Source: an uncultured virus (IMG/VR IMGVR_UViG_3300005253_002810)
Taxonomy: Duplodnaviria > Heunggongvirae > Uroviricota > Caudoviricetes
Virus record (IMG/VR): IMGVR_UViG_3300005253_002810
Strand: one strand, 5' to 3'
DNA length: 20,000 nt
Part shown: in pieces, positions 16,515 to 20,000 of the stretch
Layout of the letters: the number at the start of each line of letters is the position of its first letter
Numbering within the stretch: position 1 is the first letter of the stretch
Notes under the pieces: model-generated
What the model was told of the DNA's origin: nothing
Database searches by the model: none
What the model saw: only the letters and a program-made list of their open reading frames with translations
Position numbers and translations under genes: made by a program

Positions 16515-17161
16515 GTGGATACATAATTTATGTAGTTGATACCGAGACCACGGGTCTTGATGCCTATAAGAACGATGTAATAGAAATTTCTGCTTGTAGA
16601 TTTAAGATGTCGAATCTTAAAGATACAGAACAAAAGACGTGGTATCTTAAAGCTTTAGACGCCTCAACGATTAAAGATGAGGCCCTTGCAATCAATAAAC
16701 ATAAGAGGGAGGATATTCTACATTTAACAAAGTTCGGCAGAGATACCTATAAGGATCCGGTCGAAACTGTTGCTGATATAGAGCGATGGATTATGACAGA
16801 TAATATGTCTGCCTTGGACAGGGTGATAGCTGGACAGAACATCCAATTCGATGTATCGGCATTAAAGGCACTATGGAGCAAGGTCGATACAATAGATACA
16901 TTCCCATTCAGTTTGGATAGGGGAAATAGAACTCTGGATACAATGATGCTGGCTACAGCAATTGATGTCTGTACTGGCAGGCGTAGGCGGTATTATAACC
17001 TGAATACCCTTGTTAAGTCTTTTGGAGTTAAAAAGAGAAAAGCTCACAGAGCAGAAGATGATGTCGCTATGACCATAGATTTATTAGTAAAAATGTTGGA
17101 ACCACTAAAAGATGTGGCAAAGAAAGCATTTGCGGACTGCTATACCGATATGGACCAATAA
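16511..17161 (+). CDS. DEDDh 3'-5' exonuclease (DnaQ/epsilon-like)
   Basis: ExoI VVDTETTGLD, ExoII AGQNIQFD, ExoIII AHRAEDDV. GAGGA RBS upstream. Confidence 0.9.
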   Translation: MSGYIIYVVDTETTGLDAYKNDVIEISACRFKMSNLKDTEQKTWYLKALDASTIKDEALAINKHKREDILHLTKFGRDTYKDPVETVADIERWIMTDNMSALDRVIAGQNIQFDVSALKALWSKVDTIDTFPFSLDRGNRTLDTMMLATAIDVCTGRRRRYYNLNTLVKSFGVKKRKAHRAEDDVAMTIDLLVKMLEPLKDVAKKAFADCYTDMDQ

Positions 17162-17188
17162 TAGGGTATTTAATATAAAGAGGTTCAT

Positions 17189-17500
17189 ATGTCAAAACAT
17201 AAAGAAGACTCAGAATTTGTCATAGAAGTAAAAGTCGATGAAGAAGAGATAGAATTAGACGATGATGTTATTAGTGAGTTCGGTAATGAGCTGCAAGGCG
17301 CTATAGAATTAGTGGTACAAAATAATATAACCAAGGATGTGAGAATAGAATTGATAAATGTTTTAATGTCAATAGCCTCACAGGTGTCAATTGATATAGG
17401 CATAGGTTGTGATGAGTTTCTTGGTATAGCTGATTATTTCCATGAAGAAGGTCAAAAAATAGCTGACGAAGAAGAAATAGATTTGTCAAAGCTAAATTGA
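17189..17500 (+). CDS. Highly acidic hypothetical protein (103 aa)
   Basis: GAGGT RBS; about 28 D/E versus about 7 K/R by manual count. Confidence 0.8.
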   Translation: MSKHKEDSEFVIEVKVDEEEIELDDDVISEFGNELQGAIELVVQNNITKDVRIELINVLMSIASQVSIDIGIGCDEFLGIADYFHEEGQKIADEEEIDLSKLN

Positions 17501-17507
17501 GGTATGT

Positions 17508-17786
17508 ATGAAATTAAAATTAAAGCCTGATAGTGAAGAAAAAGTATACAGCATATTAAGGAGCTTGTTTAGATATTCTAAATTAGTAAAGATGAGTGCG
17601 CCAGATATTCTATTTGAAAATGAAGGCAAGATGATTAACGCACGCATCAGGGATATGACTCCTGTAGAGATATTTCTAGCCGTAACCTCGTGGGAAGAAT
17701 ACTCTAAAGAGCAAGAAGTTCAAGATGAGATTCAGAATGAAAAATTAAGTACAGATTTAGATTTGTACTATCAATCACTGAATTAG
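17508..17786 (+). CDS. Hypothetical protein (92 aa)
   Basis: ORF track; GAGGT RBS. Confidence 0.78.
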   Translation: MKLKLKPDSEEKVYSILRSLFRYSKLVKMSAPDILFENEGKMINARIRDMTPVEIFLAVTSWEEYSKEQEVQDEIQNEKLSTDLDLYYQSLN

Positions 17787-17827
17787 TTATTACACATTGC
17801 ACTTAAGTAATAATACCATATATTGGT

Positions 17828-18604
17828 ATGACGAGGCGTATAGATGAATTAGCGAGAATAGGAGCTGAGACAAATAGTGACGGCTCTGGCAACCCACTGC
17901 TTAAAACCGCTGCTGATTTTAAGGCAACTCTAGAACACCCTAAGTATGAGGAATTATTGCAGAGAGCGCAAGCTATTACAAATATTGAGCCTTTTACTGA
18001 GCGAGCAGGTGGTTTTGCCAAAGATAGACAGCATTCCGAAACGGATTGGGATGGAATGCAAAAAGAGGCAGCCGGGCGTAAAAAAACCCAAATGTCTCGC
18101 AAAAAAATAGTAAAAGACATTAACGATAATAGGGTCAGGTATCGAGACTATCGTAACAATTTAGCGCAGCTTGAGTCTGAAAGAGATAAGCTGGAATGCA
18201 TGATTCAATCATCCAGAGATGGCGTACATAATACTAGAAAGAGAATGCTCCATATGGGCGATGTTCTCCAGAAACTAGATCTTGCAGATTCTAACTATGC
18301 GATTCTCTATGATAATGATAGTCAAGACGTATCGTACCTTATGAATAAAGAAGAGTACAATGTACAGATTGGCGAAGATGGAGAGCTAGTTACTACTCCG
18401 TGGAGAGATTATACATCAGCTAGATGGCGTGATGCTCGCGACGCTAGAAGACAAGAACAAGCTGATATTGATGATGTCAACGATGATAATGATGATATTG
18501 CGGACTTAGAATTAATTCCAGGAATTGAAAGATTGGAGGATTCCGCCCCAAGAACGGAAGACCAAACAATTACCAGTTATCCTAATTTACGATTTGCAGA
18601 GTAA
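17828..18604 (+). CDS. Hypothetical protein (258 aa) with a central coiled coil and acidic C-terminus
   Basis: ORF track; no recognisable catalytic motif. Confidence 0.75.
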   Translation: MTRRIDELARIGAETNSDGSGNPLLKTAADFKATLEHPKYEELLQRAQAITNIEPFTERAGGFAKDRQHSETDWDGMQKEAAGRKKTQMSRKKIVKDINDNRVRYRDYRNNLAQLESERDKLECMIQSSRDGVHNTRKRMLHMGDVLQKLDLADSNYAILYDNDSQDVSYLMNKEEYNVQIGEDGELVTTPWRDYTSARWRDARDARRQEQADIDDVNDDNDDIADLELIPGIERLEDSAPRTEDQTITSYPNLRFAE

Positions 18605-18607
18605 GCC

Positions 18608-18952
18608 ATGGTCATAAGGCCCGCAGGAGTTATCTTTGTCAATGATGATTTGGTCCCAGGCGTTCAGAGCGTTTTGGCCAAACAGCTTCATATATCTGAA
18701 ATCATTGATGGCTATACGTTTGATCAAAGAATAATCGCGAGCCCTAATTATGTGAACGTTGTAAAACAACTAGATTTGCGCATACTAGTTGTTCGCTCAC
18801 TTGAAGAATTAACTAATAGGGCTTTGGCTGATGTTGTTTTATTTGTAACGCATGGTCAGGCCAGTGTGTTGAATAATAAGTTTGGCCCGCCTGGAATAAC
18901 ATCGGCCGTAACTAGATTGACTTGGGGCAAGTTATCTATTTGGGGGGTTTAA
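18608..18952 (+). CDS. Hypothetical alpha/beta protein (114 aa)
   Basis: ORF track; stop is in a TAATG overlap with the next gene. Confidence 0.75.
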   Translation: MVIRPAGVIFVNDDLVPGVQSVLAKQLHISEIIDGYTFDQRIIASPNYVNVVKQLDLRILVVRSLEELTNRALADVVLFVTHGQASVLNNKFGPPGITSAVTRLTWGKLSIWGV

Positions 18953-19677
18953 TGAAACTTCATCCAGGACATGAAACAAGACCAGATGATTATAAGTTTA
19001 TGGACTCTGCTAAAACTCCATTAACTGAAGCTGAAGCTGCGTATTATCTAAGAGCCGCCTGGAAGAACATTTATGATGTTTATCCAAGCGTTAACAGTTT
19101 GGCGCTGTTATGGGCTCAATCTGCCGGAGAAACTGGCAGATGGAAGCTGCTTCGCTGTAATAATTGGGGAAACATTAAAAAAAGAACAGATACTAAGTGG
19201 ACATCATATGATGCTGGCGAGGTGATTAATGGTAAACATCAGATGTTTTATCCATATCATCCACAAACTCATTTTGCCGCTTTCGATGGCCCACTTGCTG
19301 GCGCAGAATATTACATCCGATTTTTATCTCAACGTACCAGGTATAAGAAGGCCTGGGTAGAGGTAATGGCCGGAGATCCAGTGGCATACTGTCGTGAACT
19401 TAAGAAGGCCGGATACTTTACTGCAGGTTTAGCCCATTACACAAGAGGCGTAGTTAGCCTTACAAATGAGTTTAAACGCAAAGCTGATGCGCTGATGACA
19501 TGGGCGCCTGAACCTGAACCTGAACCTGAGCCAGTTGTCATTCCAGAACCAAAACCAGAGCCAGAACTAGAGCCCGTCGTAGAACCAATCGCTGAGCCAG
19601 TCGTAGAGCCTGAGCCGGCCAAAGGACTCCTAACTATGATAATGGAATTTTTAAGCAAGCTATTTGGTGAGAAATGA
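18952..19677 (+). CDS. GH73/FlgJ-like peptidoglycan hydrolase (putative endolysin) with a Pro-Glu linker and C-terminal amphipathic helix
   Basis: WAQSAGETG (catalytic Glu), NNWGNIK, FAAFD...YIRFL...RY and LKKAGYFTA (GYxT motif). TAATG-coupled start at 18952. Confidence 0.75.
   Translation: MKLHPGHETRPDDYKFMDSAKTPLTEAEAAYYLRAAWKNIYDVYPSVNSLALLWAQSAGETGRWKLLRCNNWGNIKKRTDTKWTSYDAGEVINGKHQMFYPYHPQTHFAAFDGPLAGAEYYIRFLSQRTRYKKAWVEVMAGDPVAYCRELKKAGYFTAGLAHYTRGVVSLTNEFKRKADALMTWAPEPEPEPEPVVIPEPKPEPELEPVVEPIAEPVVEPEPAKGLLTMIMEFLSKLFGEK
19507..19617 (+). repeat. Low-complexity (PE)n / EPVV coding repeat
   Basis: CCTGAA x3 then degenerate copies, encoding PEPEPEPEPVVIPEPKPEPELEPVVEPIAEPVVEPEP. Confidence 0.9.
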
Positions 19678-19743
19678 AAAATATATCTACATTTTTTGTG
19701 TCTACGGAATTGTATGGAGAATGCGCATCGTTGAATTTTGAAA

Positions 19744-20000
19744 ATGAATAAAAATACAAATATAGTAGTTTGTGGTAAGAAATTTGATACCGGAACAAGA
19801 GTCGTACTTTGGGATGAGCCAGAAGGTCTGTCATTTTATCCTAGTGGGAAATATGTAACTAGGAATCTCTCTTTAAAAGAACTTAGAAAAATAACAAATT
19901 CTTTTTATATTCATCATTCCGTTACGAATTTCGCAGAAAGAACTTTTAGATTGCTGAAAGCTAGAGCGCTATCTTGTGCTTTTATTATAGATGATGATAT
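19744..20000 (+). CDS. Probable N-acetylmuramoyl-L-alanine amidase (Amidase_2-like), 3' truncated by the window edge
   Basis: Open from ATG 19744 to the end: MNKNTNIVVCGKKFDTGTRVVLWDEP...SFYIHHSVTNFAERTFRLLKARALSCAFIIDDD, fitting the iHH...S.hF.Id.dG pattern. It is adjacent to the muramidase. Confidence 0.6.
   Translation, partial: MNKNTNIVVCGKKFDTGTRVVLWDEPEGLSFYPSGKYVTRNLSLKELRKITNSFYIHHSVTNFAERTFRLLKARALSCAFIIDDD

Noticed and set aside
19437..19658. Minus-strand Gly/Ser-repeat ORF, plus other short antisense or nested ORFs in the track
   Set aside because: They are shadow frames of well-supported + strand genes; this one is the reverse complement of the PE repeat.
1..20000. Stop-codon reassignment as seen in some large phages
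   Set aside because: Long conserved genes are intact in the standard code, and TAG, TGA and TAA all end genes at sensible boundaries.

Overview
This AT-rich, gene-dense window is almost entirely + strand and uses the standard code (TAA, TGA and TAG all act as stops). It most likely comes from a large or jumbo tailed bacteriophage, an inference from gene content: many tightly coupled short hypothetical ORFs and no host housekeeping operons. The left part is a replication, transcription and nucleotide module: DnaB-like helicase (5' truncated), FmdB-type zinc ribbon, compact sigma-70-family factor, class II (B12-dependent) ribonucleotide reductase carrying a 430-aa LAGLIDADG intein, and a type I methionine aminopeptidase. 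At about 9050-9200 a ~116-bp remnant of an IS200/IS605 element (tnpB 3' tail plus omega/reRNA-like right end) sits between a stop codon and a palindromic terminator. Probable virion genes follow, including two ~70%-identical paralogs with a patchwork of 100%-identical DNA blocks. The rest holds two membrane-anchored HExxH metalloproteases, an FAD oxidoreductase, a frameshifted DUF4326-like gene, a DEDDh exonuclease, a GH73-like muramidase with a Pro-Glu linker, and the start of a probable amidase. All family calls come from reading motifs by eye; no database searches were run.
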